A stretch of DNA of 64,000 bases from Acidobacteriota bacterium (lineage in GTDB: Bacteria > Acidobacteriota > UBA6911 > RPQK01 > JAJDTT01), in assembly GCA_965209055.1 (NCBI GenBank), contig OZ242374.1:64001-128000 (forward strand). The letters run 5' to 3'. Positions 10,201 to 18,678 of the stretch are shown piece by piece. Position 1 is the stretch's first letter; each line of letters begins with the position of its first letter. A program made the position numbers and the translations under genes. The notes below the pieces were generated by a model that was not told the DNA's origin, made no database searches, and saw only the letters and a list, made by a program, of their open reading frames with translations.

Positions 10201-10552
10201 CGGGATCGGCGCCTCCCCGCCCGTCACGGCCGCGATCTTCCCGGCCCGGCGCCACGAAAACGGGATCAACACCGGAGCCGCGATCCACAATCTGGAAGCG
10301 GAAGCCATGACGTTGACCTGCGCACTGATGCAGAACGGTCGCATGCTGGCTGAGACAGAGATCGACCTGGACGCCGGCGGTCAGGTCGCCCGTTTCATCA
10401 ACGAACTCTTCAAGGACGCTGATACCTTCAACTTCGCCGGCTCGGTCCACTGCACCGCGCCCCCGGGCGGAGCCTTCACGGGAGTGGCCCTGGAGATGGA
10501 TGCGGACAACCGGATCTTCACCACATTGCCGATGGTCCCGGTGCACCGATGA
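7250..10552 (+). CDS. Secreted leucine-rich-repeat protein A (about 18 LRRs, Cys N-cap, two C-terminal beta-rich modules)
   Basis: Signal peptide ending KAMA; cap VCDRTPEVRDAIV...DC; 24-aa repeats LTTLPxGxFxGLSSLxxLxLxxNx; duplicated module FAHF(A/G)NG..SELVLVNVG...FTTLPMVPV. Confidence 0.95.
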   Translation: MSVPTLKIAHRCRLRSATSLLTVTLGLVLLAVPQKAMAQIVPVCDRTPEVRDAIVEKIPDVSDCSEVTEAHLAVITGFLDLAGPHEFWGVPSGRPNPIPELKAGDFSGLSSLEGLLLQYNDLTTLPPGFFHGLSSLKTLNLENNRLTTLSTGVFAGLSSLRTLALSGNPLTTVPAGIFYGLTALDKLRLSLHYDELTPFHGGIFSGLTVLNTLYLTLSGFNDPVPLSGDLFYGLTALKSLNLYSLNRSTLPDDFFSELSTLKGLKLLGNRLTTLPAGIFAGLSSLESLDLNFNPLTSLPPGVFSGLSLLKTLKLVGNELSTLPVGVFAGLPSLETLEMDENRLATLPPGVFSGLSSLKTLNLGVNDLTTLPVGVFAGLPSLQWLYLYRNELTALPVGIFSGLSSLKLLNLRGNDLIQVSIGLFSGLSSLQTLDLAYNRLTALPDGIFFGLSSLQLLYLDRNELTTLPGAVFSGLSSLETLSLRGNELTTLPDRVFSGLTSLQTLVLTTNRLTALPDGIFTGLPSLKRLTVSQNERLLTTMISLEFAGEGRFRAMAQTGALFDIELPITVVNGVIDGGSSQQITIPRGSVYSATFTVSRNPGPASTVFVDIGELPEMPSSIDTDLTLVKSPHLPLIVLEEPNLHFAHFANGESITSELVLVNVGDEPIRPVISFLDRGGNLLSGGWLVEMREGLEVQEDGSVRVQTSVEPLGELTISTHPRRVMVSGSVRVVSDGPIGGVLRYVNPGIGVAGVGASPRVRDAIFPARNQAGGIRTAVAIRNRGAGWMRVRCQLMQAGAVLDETEISLKGGGQAARFLDELFTQTDTSDFVGSVRCTAPRSRLFTGVAVEMDTENRIFTTLPMVPVEPLADGSGEGTLVFAHFGNGSSIRSELVLVNVGTDPIRPSVFFYDRQGAQIDAESVVEVMGDLEVREDGALGVGTEMGALSELTISTHRQGELVTGSVRVESDGPMGGVLRFDVPSVGVAGIGASPPVTAAIFPARRHENGINTGAAIHNLEAEAMTLTCALMQNGRMLAETEIDLDAGGQVARFINELFKDADTFNFAGSVHCTAPPGGAFTGVALEMDADNRIFTTLPMVPVHR

Positions 10553-10568
10553 CCTGAGGAGATTAGAC

Positions 10569-11357
10569 ATGAGGCGAATACCCGCTATTTCATTGCTGAT
10601 TCTGATTTCCATGGTTCCAGTCTTCTCAGAGGGAGACGGAGACCGGGAGTACATCGTTCCCATTTATTTCCAGGAACGGCCTTTGTATACGACTTTCGAC
10701 ATCATCGAGGTATCGGGTCGGCAGGTCGATGTCCATATTGAAGAGTATAGATCCGACGGAATCGAAACCGTTGGGAAATCCCATGTTGACGGGGTCAGGG
10801 AGAATGACTGGTGGGATGTCATCCCCTCGTTTTTCATATCCGGACTCCAGTTAGACAATGGCTGGGCGCGCATCACCTGTCCGGCAAATCGGGAACTTCA
10901 CATTGTTTCGACCATTCACACGGAGGACGATCCACAGCGTTCGATTCATTTCGGAGGAGTGGTTCCATCGAAATCATTTCGTCTGATGGCATGGTACTTC
11001 GAGGATAACCCCCGTGAGGACTGGGAGGGGAAGAAATTGGCCCCTGGTCAGACTGCTTTGGTTATCGTAAACCCTACGGAGGAAACCCAAACCGTGACCG
11101 TGACCTTATATTTGCGCGATCTGGAGGACCCGCTGAGAGAGATGGTCCAGATCGAACCTCTGCACTCACTGAGCCGGTTTCTATCCGAGCTGGTGCCCGT
11201 GGATGAGCACTTGGATCACAGGGACAAGGAATTGGGACGTGTGGGATACATCAGAGGATTGGTGGAAGTGTCAGGGGAAACGGTAATCGCGGTAGGTGCC
11301 CTGGACTTTTTCCGCGAAAGCGGTCGATTCAGGAGTGTTCCGGTAAGCTATGAATAA
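10569..11357 (+). CDS. Small secreted protein, single-module family member 1
   Basis: Signal peptide MRRIPAISLLILISMVPVFS; GWA, TALVIVNP, LSRFLSELV and IAVGAL...VPV motifs shared with 11886 and 18679; AGGAG RBS. Confidence 0.85.
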   Translation: MRRIPAISLLILISMVPVFSEGDGDREYIVPIYFQERPLYTTFDIIEVSGRQVDVHIEEYRSDGIETVGKSHVDGVRENDWWDVIPSFFISGLQLDNGWARITCPANRELHIVSTIHTEDDPQRSIHFGGVVPSKSFRLMAWYFEDNPREDWEGKKLAPGQTALVIVNPTEETQTVTVTLYLRDLEDPLREMVQIEPLHSLSRFLSELVPVDEHLDHRDKELGRVGYIRGLVEVSGETVIAVGALDFFRESGRFRSVPVSYE

Positions 11358-11493
11358 GGCAATCGGCTGTAATTCTCTGCCAGATCTCTAGCTGACATAA
11401 TTTATGCGGTCGCAGATCCCCCATCACCTCTGGAGAGAGGCAATCTGGAAATCCCCAAGAATATAGTCCCCAAATCCAAATTGGGACACTACC

Positions 11494-11658
11494 CGGTTCC
11501 TGTCGGAACTCGTCGATCTGGAAGGTCTGGAGAGAAATTCTCGGGGCGGGACCCAGGGCTTGGTTCGAATCGAGGGGCAGGAGGAGACCGCCGTGGCCGC
11601 AGTCGGGTACTCACGGGCGACGAATTGGTTTCATACGGTGCCGGTGGCGGCTGAGTAG
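11494..11658 (+). pseudogene. 3' fragment of a further single-module family paralog
   Basis: Hand translation: RFLSELVDLEGLERNSRGGTQGLVRIEGQEETAVAAVGYSRATNWFHTVPVAAE*, which aligns with the C-termini of its neighbours; no 5' part. Confidence 0.75.
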
Positions 11659-11885
11659 TGGAACTCGACGGAGTGCTGGTCTGGGTTATATCCTCGATGC
11701 CCCTCTGGGAGGGATCAGATGGCTACGCACACCCCAGGCCCCCGGGTTCTCTGAGACTGCCAATCCCTGGAGGAGCGGCTCGTTGATCTGTTGAGTCTGC
11801 GTCCCGTCCTCGGGTTCGGCCAAAAGGCACTCTCCCGCATCATTAATTGCTGACTAAAGTTCTATTCTCTGCTGCACCCAAAGCC

Positions 11886-12689
11886 ATGGATTCATACAAG
11901 CTACACCTCGTCATTCTTGTTGTCCTGCTCTCGGTTGTCGGCCCCATCCGGGGGGCCGAACGGGAACTCCTATTCCCGATCGTGACGCACGTCGGGAACT
12001 ACAACTCCAGGATGGTCGTGATGAATCCATCCAAGTACAGGGTGAGCTACCACATCAAAGGTCTCAGCCCAGGTGCAGGGGGAAGTGGATCAAGCGGCAC
12101 TCTAGAGCCCGATAGCATGAGTGTCTTCGAACCTGGCCCTTTTCTCAGGCGCGCGGATTTTAAAGGTGGTTGGGGATTCGTAAGATACAGTTTCTTGGGA
12201 GTCCCCGACGCCGACAAGGAGCGAGCGAAACGCCTTCGCCTCTTGGCGTGGACGGAACTTCGGCTTTTAGATAAAGAGCATCCTCTAGTTCCGGTAATTG
12301 CAATAGCGAGCATCCCCGCCGTTGAGGCCGCGTTGGAATTCAGAGTGCCTGGTGTATTCCGAAGAGATGAAGAAGCGGCCATAGCGATCCTCAATCCGTC
12401 CGAGGAGCCGGTCCAAATCGAAGTCACTCTGCACCGTTACCGAAGGCCCGTCCGTAACCCGCCGTACGTCCAGGTCAAGAACAGGCTTACTGTGCCTCCG
12501 ATGGAGCGCCTGAGCCGATTTCTGGGGGAGTTGATGACGGAAGGCAAGGACGACCCACTGGAGGTGCCCCCGCCTCCCAACGGCAGCACCCTGCACATTC
12601 GCGGCAGTGCACCTATTGCTGTCGCAGCGCTGCTCTACAACCACGGGACCGGGGCGTATGGGAATCTTCCGGTCGTGAGGGTGGACTAG
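11886..12689 (+). CDS. Small secreted protein, single-module family member 2
   Basis: Signal peptide MDSYKLHLVILVVLLSVVGPIRG; GWG, AAIAILNP, RLSRFLGEL and IAVAAL...LPV motifs. Confidence 0.85.
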   Translation: MDSYKLHLVILVVLLSVVGPIRGAERELLFPIVTHVGNYNSRMVVMNPSKYRVSYHIKGLSPGAGGSGSSGTLEPDSMSVFEPGPFLRRADFKGGWGFVRYSFLGVPDADKERAKRLRLLAWTELRLLDKEHPLVPVIAIASIPAVEAALEFRVPGVFRRDEEAAIAILNPSEEPVQIEVTLHRYRRPVRNPPYVQVKNRLTVPPMERLSRFLGELMTEGKDDPLEVPPPPNGSTLHIRGSAPIAVAALLYNHGTGAYGNLPVVRVD

Positions 12690-12803
12690 GTGATCGCCCG
12701 CATAGCCCGGGTCGTTGCATAGATCTTCCGCAGTGCAGACTCCGAGTCCCGAAGCGGTGCGAGAACCGCAGGAGAGCCGCAGACCCTGACCATCGAGACG
12801 ATA

Positions 12804-13607
12804 GTGCATGAGATCCTGTCCCGTTTGAGAGCTGGTCAGTACGTTCTGGATTTAGGGTGCGGAACGGGTAGTTTCAACCGTCGAAACTACCCGTGCACCA
12901 CAATCCGCGTGGATCTGTCTCGTGAAGGAGATGTATCGGTCCAGGCCAACGCCGCTCAGTTGCCCTTCAGGGATAGTGTGTTCGACGCTGTGATTTGCAA
13001 CCATAGTCTGGAGCATTTTGAGAACCTTGATGGAGCACTTCTAGAACTGAAGCGAACAGCAAATCAGAACGCAGCCGTTTTCGTAGCCGTTCCGGATGCC
13101 AACACTCTCACGGATCGAGTATATCGGTGGCTGGCACGGGGCGGAGGACACGTCAACGGCTGGCGCTCGGAAAGGCATTTGGCCCGGCAGATCGAATCAC
13201 AGATCCAACTGAATCATCAGGGTACCCGGCTGCTTCTCACATCTCTGTCGTTCCTGAATCGGAAGAACAGGATCGCTCCGCCTCCCAAGAGGCTGTTCCT
13301 GTTGGCCGGAGGGAGTGAGAGTGCCTTGATCCTTTTGAACTACGTTTTACGTGTGATCGATCGGCTCCTGGGGACTCGACTAGCCGTTTATGGTTGGGCA
13401 ATGTATTTCGGTCACGTTCCGGGACCGATCGACACGAGACCTTGGACGAATGTCTGTGTTCGCTGTGGGTCTGGCCATAGGGCAGACTCGCTCATCAAGG
13501 CCGGCCGGATCCAGCACCGAAGCCTGGTCTGGTGGATCTGGACGTGTCCAATCTGTGAGACGAAAAATCTATTCACTGACGACGCCTACGGTGTTCAGTA
13601 CAACTAA
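12804..13607 (+). CDS. Class I SAM-dependent methyltransferase with a C-terminal Cys4 motif
   Basis: VLDLGCGTG and LPFRDSVFDAVICNHSLEH; C-terminal CVRC...CPIC. Confidence 0.85.
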   Translation: MHEILSRLRAGQYVLDLGCGTGSFNRRNYPCTTIRVDLSREGDVSVQANAAQLPFRDSVFDAVICNHSLEHFENLDGALLELKRTANQNAAVFVAVPDANTLTDRVYRWLARGGGHVNGWRSERHLARQIESQIQLNHQGTRLLLTSLSFLNRKNRIAPPPKRLFLLAGGSESALILLNYVLRVIDRLLGTRLAVYGWAMYFGHVPGPIDTRPWTNVCVRCGSGHRADSLIKAGRIQHRSLVWWIWTCPICETKNLFTDDAYGVQYN

Positions 13608-13701
13608 CCGATGCGTCCGTGGGAGGATCGCCTGAAACCCTCGCCAAAGATCCCAGATGGGAAATAGACAGCCTTCCTTCTGCCTGGAGGAACCATTCCG
13701 G

Positions 13702-16700
13702 ATGTCAGTACACATTCTGAAGATTGAACCGCTTCCCCGATTGCGATCCACGACCTCGGTGCTAGCGGTAACTTTGGGCTTGGTTCTGCTGGCCGTACCG
13801 GAGAAAGCCACGGCGCAGATCGTCCCCGTCTGTGACCGGACTCCGGAAGTGCGCGACGCAATCGTGGAGAAGGTTCCGGACGTTAGCGATTGCGGTGATG
13901 TGACGGAGGCACATCTGGCTGAGATTGAGGGTGACCTCAATCTGGCAGGTCCGTACGATGTATGGGGTATTCCCTCCGGCGATCTCCCGAATCCCATTCT
14001 AGAGTTAAAGGCGGGGGATTTTAGCGGACTGTCCTCGTTGGAAGGACTTGGGTTACATGCCAACAAACTGACTACCCTTCCGGCGGGCCTCTTCCACGGG
14101 CTTTCTTCCCTGGAAACGCTCGCGCTGGGCCGCAATCCACTGACCTCCCTGCCGGCCGGGATCTTCTCGGGACTCATCTCGCTCCAATCGCTCGGGCTGT
14201 CCCTGCACTACAACGATATGGTTCCCCTGTCCGGCGACCTTTTCTCGGGACTCACCTCGCTCCAATGGCTCACTCTGTACATCGGGGGTCCTCTGCCAGA
14301 TGACCTCTTATTCGGATTGCCCACGCTGAAATGGCTCAAATTGAGAGTCAGCGACGGGACGACGCTGCCGGCTGGGATTTTCGCGGGACTGTCGTTGCTG
14401 GAGTCGCTCAACCTGGCCTTCAACCGATTGACCGAGCTACCGGCCGGGAACTTCTCCGGGTTGTCGTCGTTGAAATGGCTCGATCTGCGCGGCAATCGAT
14501 TAACGACACTGCCGGCCGGGATTTTCGCGGAACTGTCCACGCTGGAAGGGCTCGATTTGACAGACAATCGACTGACGACGCTGCCGGCCGGGATCTTCGG
14601 TGAGCTGTCCTCTCTGAAAGAGCTCAACCTGGGCGATAACGACCTGACCACACTCCCGGTCGGCGTCTTCGCCGGGTTGTCCTCGCTGGAAGATCTCTCT
14701 CTGGTTAGAAACAGCTTGACGACGTTGCCGACCGGCGTCTTTTCCGAGCTGTCCTCGCTGGAAGATCTCTCTCTGGGTGGCAACGGCCTGACGACACTGC
14801 CGGTCGGTGTCTTCTCCGGGTTGTCCTCGCTGGAACGGCTCTATCTTGGTGGCAACGGCCTGACGACACTGCCGGTCGGCGTCTTCGCCGGGTTGTCTTC
14901 GCTGGAAGGGCTCTCTCTGGGTGGCAACCGTCTGACGCCGTTGCCGATCGGGGTCTTCGCCGGGCTGTCCTCGCTGGAATGGCTCTCTCTGGATGGCAAC
15001 GGCCTGACGACGCTGCCGGCCGGGGCCTTCTCTGGACTGTCGTCCTTGAAACAGCTCTATCTGGAGAACAACCATCTGACGACGTTACCAGCTGGGGTCT
15101 TCTATGAGTTGTCCTCGCTGGAACGGCTCTTGCTGAGAAACAACGACCTGAGGACGCTGCCGGTCGGGGTCTTCGCCGGTTTGTCCTCACTGCGGGTGCT
15201 CCACCTGCGTTGGAACGAGCTGAGGTCGCTTCCAGTCGGGACCTTCGCTGGGCTGTCCTCGCTGGAAGAGCTCTACCTGAGAAATAACGACCTGAGGACG
15301 CTGCCGGCCGGAGTCTTCTCCGGGCTGTCCTCGCTGAAAGTGCTCAGCCTGAGCGACAACCGACTGACGACGCTGCCGATCGGAGTCTTCTCCGGGTTGT
15401 CCTCGCTGGAAGAGCTCTTTCTGGTCAGAAACAGATTAACGACGCTTCCGGCCGGGGTCTTCGCGGGGCTGTCCTCTTTGAAAACGCTTGGGTTGTATGA
15501 CAATCACCTGACCGCACTGCCGGAGGGGATCTTTTCCGGGCTGTCCGCGTTGGAATCGCTTTGGTTGTCTACCAATCGCTTGACCGCACTGCCGGAGGGG
15601 ATCTTTTCCGGGTTGCCGTCGCTACAAAAGCTTTCTCTGTCTGACAACTGGAACCAACTGACCACAATGATTTCGCTGGAATTCGCTGGGGAAGGCCGGT
15701 TCAGAGCCCGGGCCGACACCGGGGCCCTCTTTGAGATCGTGTTGCCGATCAATGTTGTCAACGGCGTCATCGACGGCGGATCGAGCCACATCAATATCCC
15801 CAGGGGCAGCGTGTATAGCGCCATGTTCACAGTTTCCCGCGACCCCGACCCGACGTCTGCCGTCTTCGTGGATATCGGCGAGTTGCCGGAGATGCCGGAT
15901 TCCGTTGATACGGACCTCACTCTGGTCAAATCGCCCCACTTGCCGCTGAACGTTCTGGAGGCGCCGAATCTGCACTTTGCCCATTTCGCCAATGGGGAGT
16001 CCATCACGTCCGAATTGGTGTTGGTGAACGTGGGCGACGAGCCGATCCGTCCGGTCATCTCCTTCCTGGACCGCGGAGGGAATCTCCTGTCCGGCGGATG
16101 GCTGGTCGAGATGAGGGAGGATCTGGAGGTTCGGGAGGACGGCTCGCTGAGGGTTCGGACGAGCATCGAACCGCTGGGGGAGCGCACGATCTCGACCCAT
16201 CCTCGAAGGACGATTGTGTCCGGATCGGTGCGGGTGGAGTCCGATGGTCCTCTCGGCGGGGTCCTCCGCTATGTCAATCCGGATATCGGCGTGGCCGGGG
16301 TGGGAGCGAGTCCACGCGTCCGGGACGCCATCTTCCCGGCTCGAAACCAGGCGGGAGGGATCCGCACAGCGCTCGCGATCCGCAGCCGGGCAGACGAATG
16401 GATGAGGGTGCGGTGCCAGTTGCTGCAAGCGGGCACTGTGCTGGAAGAGACGCAGATCTCCCTGACGCGCGACGGGCAAGCGGCCCGGTTTATCGATGAA
16501 TTGTTCACCCAGACCGACACGTCCGACTTCGTTGGTTCGGTGCGCTGTACGGCGCCGCGCGGCCAGCTTTTCACGGGAGTGGCCGTGGAATTGGATACAG
16601 AGAATCGGATCTTTACCACCCTGCCGATGGTGCCGGTGGAGCCCTTGGCGGACGGAAGCGAGGAAGGGACTCTGGTCTTCGCGCATTTCGGGAACGGATC

Positions 16701-17349
16701 GTCCATTCGATCCGAGTTGGTGTTGGTGAACGTGGGTGCCGATCCCCTACGGCCCGCCGTCTACTTTTACGATCAGGAGGGCGCCCAAATTGACGCGGAA
16801 TCGGTCGTGGAAGTGACGGGAGATCTGGAGGTTCGAGAGGACGGAGCACTGAGCGTCGGGACGGAAATGGTGGCGCTGAGCCAGCTCACGATCTCCACCC
16901 ACGGGCAAGGGGATTTGGTGACGGGATCGGTGCGAGTGGAGTCTGACGGACCCGTTGGCGGGGTCCTGCGCTTTGACATCCCAAGCGTGGGGGTGGCCGG
17001 GATTGGTGCCTCCCTGCCCGTTACGGCCGCGATGTTCCCGGCCCGGCGGCAGGACAACGGGATCAACACCGGAGCTGCGATCCGAAACCTCGAGTCGGAA
17101 GCCGTGACGTTGACCTGCGCACTCATGCAGAACGGTCGCATTCTGGCTGAGACGGAGATCGACCTGGACGCCGGCGGTCAGGTCGCCCGTTTCATCGACG
17201 AACTCTTCAAGGACGCCGATACTTCCGACTTCACCGGCTCAGTCCTCTGCACTGCGCTCCCGGGCGGATCCTTCACTGGAGTGGCCCTGGAGATGGATGC
17301 GGACAACCGGATCTTCACCACATTGCCCATGGTCCCGGTGCTCCGATGA
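13702..17349 (+). CDS. Secreted leucine-rich-repeat protein B (about 23 LRRs), paralog of protein A
   Basis: Same leader, cap and two C-terminal modules as 7250-10552; start chosen by alignment to A (ORF-track start is 13657). Confidence 0.95.
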   Translation: MSVHILKIEPLPRLRSTTSVLAVTLGLVLLAVPEKATAQIVPVCDRTPEVRDAIVEKVPDVSDCGDVTEAHLAEIEGDLNLAGPYDVWGIPSGDLPNPILELKAGDFSGLSSLEGLGLHANKLTTLPAGLFHGLSSLETLALGRNPLTSLPAGIFSGLISLQSLGLSLHYNDMVPLSGDLFSGLTSLQWLTLYIGGPLPDDLLFGLPTLKWLKLRVSDGTTLPAGIFAGLSLLESLNLAFNRLTELPAGNFSGLSSLKWLDLRGNRLTTLPAGIFAELSTLEGLDLTDNRLTTLPAGIFGELSSLKELNLGDNDLTTLPVGVFAGLSSLEDLSLVRNSLTTLPTGVFSELSSLEDLSLGGNGLTTLPVGVFSGLSSLERLYLGGNGLTTLPVGVFAGLSSLEGLSLGGNRLTPLPIGVFAGLSSLEWLSLDGNGLTTLPAGAFSGLSSLKQLYLENNHLTTLPAGVFYELSSLERLLLRNNDLRTLPVGVFAGLSSLRVLHLRWNELRSLPVGTFAGLSSLEELYLRNNDLRTLPAGVFSGLSSLKVLSLSDNRLTTLPIGVFSGLSSLEELFLVRNRLTTLPAGVFAGLSSLKTLGLYDNHLTALPEGIFSGLSALESLWLSTNRLTALPEGIFSGLPSLQKLSLSDNWNQLTTMISLEFAGEGRFRARADTGALFEIVLPINVVNGVIDGGSSHINIPRGSVYSAMFTVSRDPDPTSAVFVDIGELPEMPDSVDTDLTLVKSPHLPLNVLEAPNLHFAHFANGESITSELVLVNVGDEPIRPVISFLDRGGNLLSGGWLVEMREDLEVREDGSLRVRTSIEPLGERTISTHPRRTIVSGSVRVESDGPLGGVLRYVNPDIGVAGVGASPRVRDAIFPARNQAGGIRTALAIRSRADEWMRVRCQLLQAGTVLEETQISLTRDGQAARFIDELFTQTDTSDFVGSVRCTAPRGQLFTGVAVELDTENRIFTTLPMVPVEPLADGSEEGTLVFAHFGNGSSIRSELVLVNVGADPLRPAVYFYDQEGAQIDAESVVEVTGDLEVREDGALSVGTEMVALSQLTISTHGQGDLVTGSVRVESDGPVGGVLRFDIPSVGVAGIGASLPVTAAMFPARRQDNGINTGAAIRNLESEAVTLTCALMQNGRILAETEIDLDAGGQVARFIDELFKDADTSDFTGSVLCTALPGGSFTGVALEMDADNRIFTTLPMVPVLR

Positions 17350-17483
17350 CCTGACGAGAATAGCTAGTGACGGCGGATCTCTGGACACGGGGCATCTGGA
17401 ATATCAATGCGAGGAAAAGTCTGCGCGCTCGTCGTGGAGTTTAAGGAATGATCAACCCAGGATTAGACCATGAGCAAGACTAA

Positions 17484-18673
17484 GGAAGGTCTGATTAAGT
17501 CGAGTCAGCGTTCTGCACGATAATCCCTTCATCATCACTGCGTGGGGGGAAAGACGATGTCGCAACGGACGTTCGCAGATCTGGAATACGACGCCAAGAA
17601 GCGGGTGACCCGTCGGGAGAAGTTTCTGGTCCGCATGGACGGGTTGATTCCGTGGGAGCAGTTGGAAGCCCGGATTGAGCCGTTTTACCCGAAAGCGGGA
17701 CGGGGCCGGCGTCCCTACCCGCTCTCGGCGATGCTGCGGATCCACTGCGTGCAGTTGTTTTACAACCTGAGCGATCCGGGGATGGAGGATCTGCTTTACG
17801 AGGTGGAGTCGGTGCGGCGGTTCGTGGGTCTGAAGCTCACAGGGCCGCTGCCGGACGAGACGACGATTCTGAAGTTCCGTCATCGGCTGGAGGAGCATGG
17901 TCTGGGGGAGGCGCTGTTCGAGGAGATCGGTTCTCACCTGCAGCGTCAAGGCCTGCGGCTGAGCCGGGGGACGATCGTGGACGCGAGTATCCTGGCGGCG
18001 CCTTCCTCGACGAAAAACAAGGATCGGGCGCGGGATCCGGAGATGCACCAGACGAAAAAGGGAAAACAGTGGTATTTCGGAATGAAGGCCCACCTGGGGG
18101 TGGACGCCCAGACGGGGGTGGCGCACACGGTGGTGACGGCTCCGGCCAACGAGCATGACGTGACGCGGGCCTCCGAATTGCTGCACGGCTCGGAGTCGCA
18201 AGTTTGGGGGGATTCCGGATACCAGGGAGTGCAGAAGCGGTCGGAGAATCGAGATCGGCCGGTGGATTGGCAGGTGATGATGAAGCCCGGGAAGCGTTGG
18301 CAGCTGTCGCCGGAGAGTGAGGCGGCGTTGGCCGAGCGGCGTAAGGCATCGGTACGGGCGAAGGCAGAACATGTGTTCGGGTACCTGAAACGGCATTTCG
18401 GCTACGCCAAGGTGCGCTACCGCGGGCTGGCGAAAAACACCCAACGGATCTATCTGCTGGTGGGATTCGCCAATCTGATGATCGCCGAGCGCTCCGGTGT
18501 GACCGCCTGATCGGAATGCGGCACGGCTGTGTTTGAGGCTGGGGAAACCGTCTCGCAATCGCTTGGTCAAGACCAATTCAGGGTTGCAAATCCCAGGTTA
18601 GAGCGTCTGGATCCGAAAAAGGGAGGGATACAAGGTCTGTTTCGCCCCATATGAGGACTTAATCAGACCTTCC
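17484..18673 (+). mobile_element. IS5-family insertion sequence, 1190 bp
   Basis: Perfect 18-bp terminal inverted repeats GGAAGGTCTGATTAAGTC (17484-17501, 18656-18673); CTAA target duplication at 17480-17483 and 18674-18677. Confidence 0.95.
17557..18510 (+). CDS. IS5-family DDE transposase
   Basis: TRREKFL..MD.LIPW, PDETTILKFR, GTIVDA, RDPEMHQTKKGKQWYFGMKAH, GDSGY and VRAKAEHVF motifs. Confidence 0.95.
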   Translation: MSQRTFADLEYDAKKRVTRREKFLVRMDGLIPWEQLEARIEPFYPKAGRGRRPYPLSAMLRIHCVQLFYNLSDPGMEDLLYEVESVRRFVGLKLTGPLPDETTILKFRHRLEEHGLGEALFEEIGSHLQRQGLRLSRGTIVDASILAAPSSTKNKDRARDPEMHQTKKGKQWYFGMKAHLGVDAQTGVAHTVVTAPANEHDVTRASELLHGSESQVWGDSGYQGVQKRSENRDRPVDWQVMMKPGKRWQLSPESEAALAERRKASVRAKAEHVFGYLKRHFGYAKVRYRGLAKNTQRIYLLVGFANLMIAERSGVTA

Positions 18674-18678
18674 CTAAG

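Noticed and set aside
7560-15650. 72-bp periodic repeats as a CRISPR array or DGR target
   Set aside because: They are in-frame LRR codons; there is no repeat-spacer structure, no cas genes, no reverse transcriptase and no adenine-specific template/variable pair.
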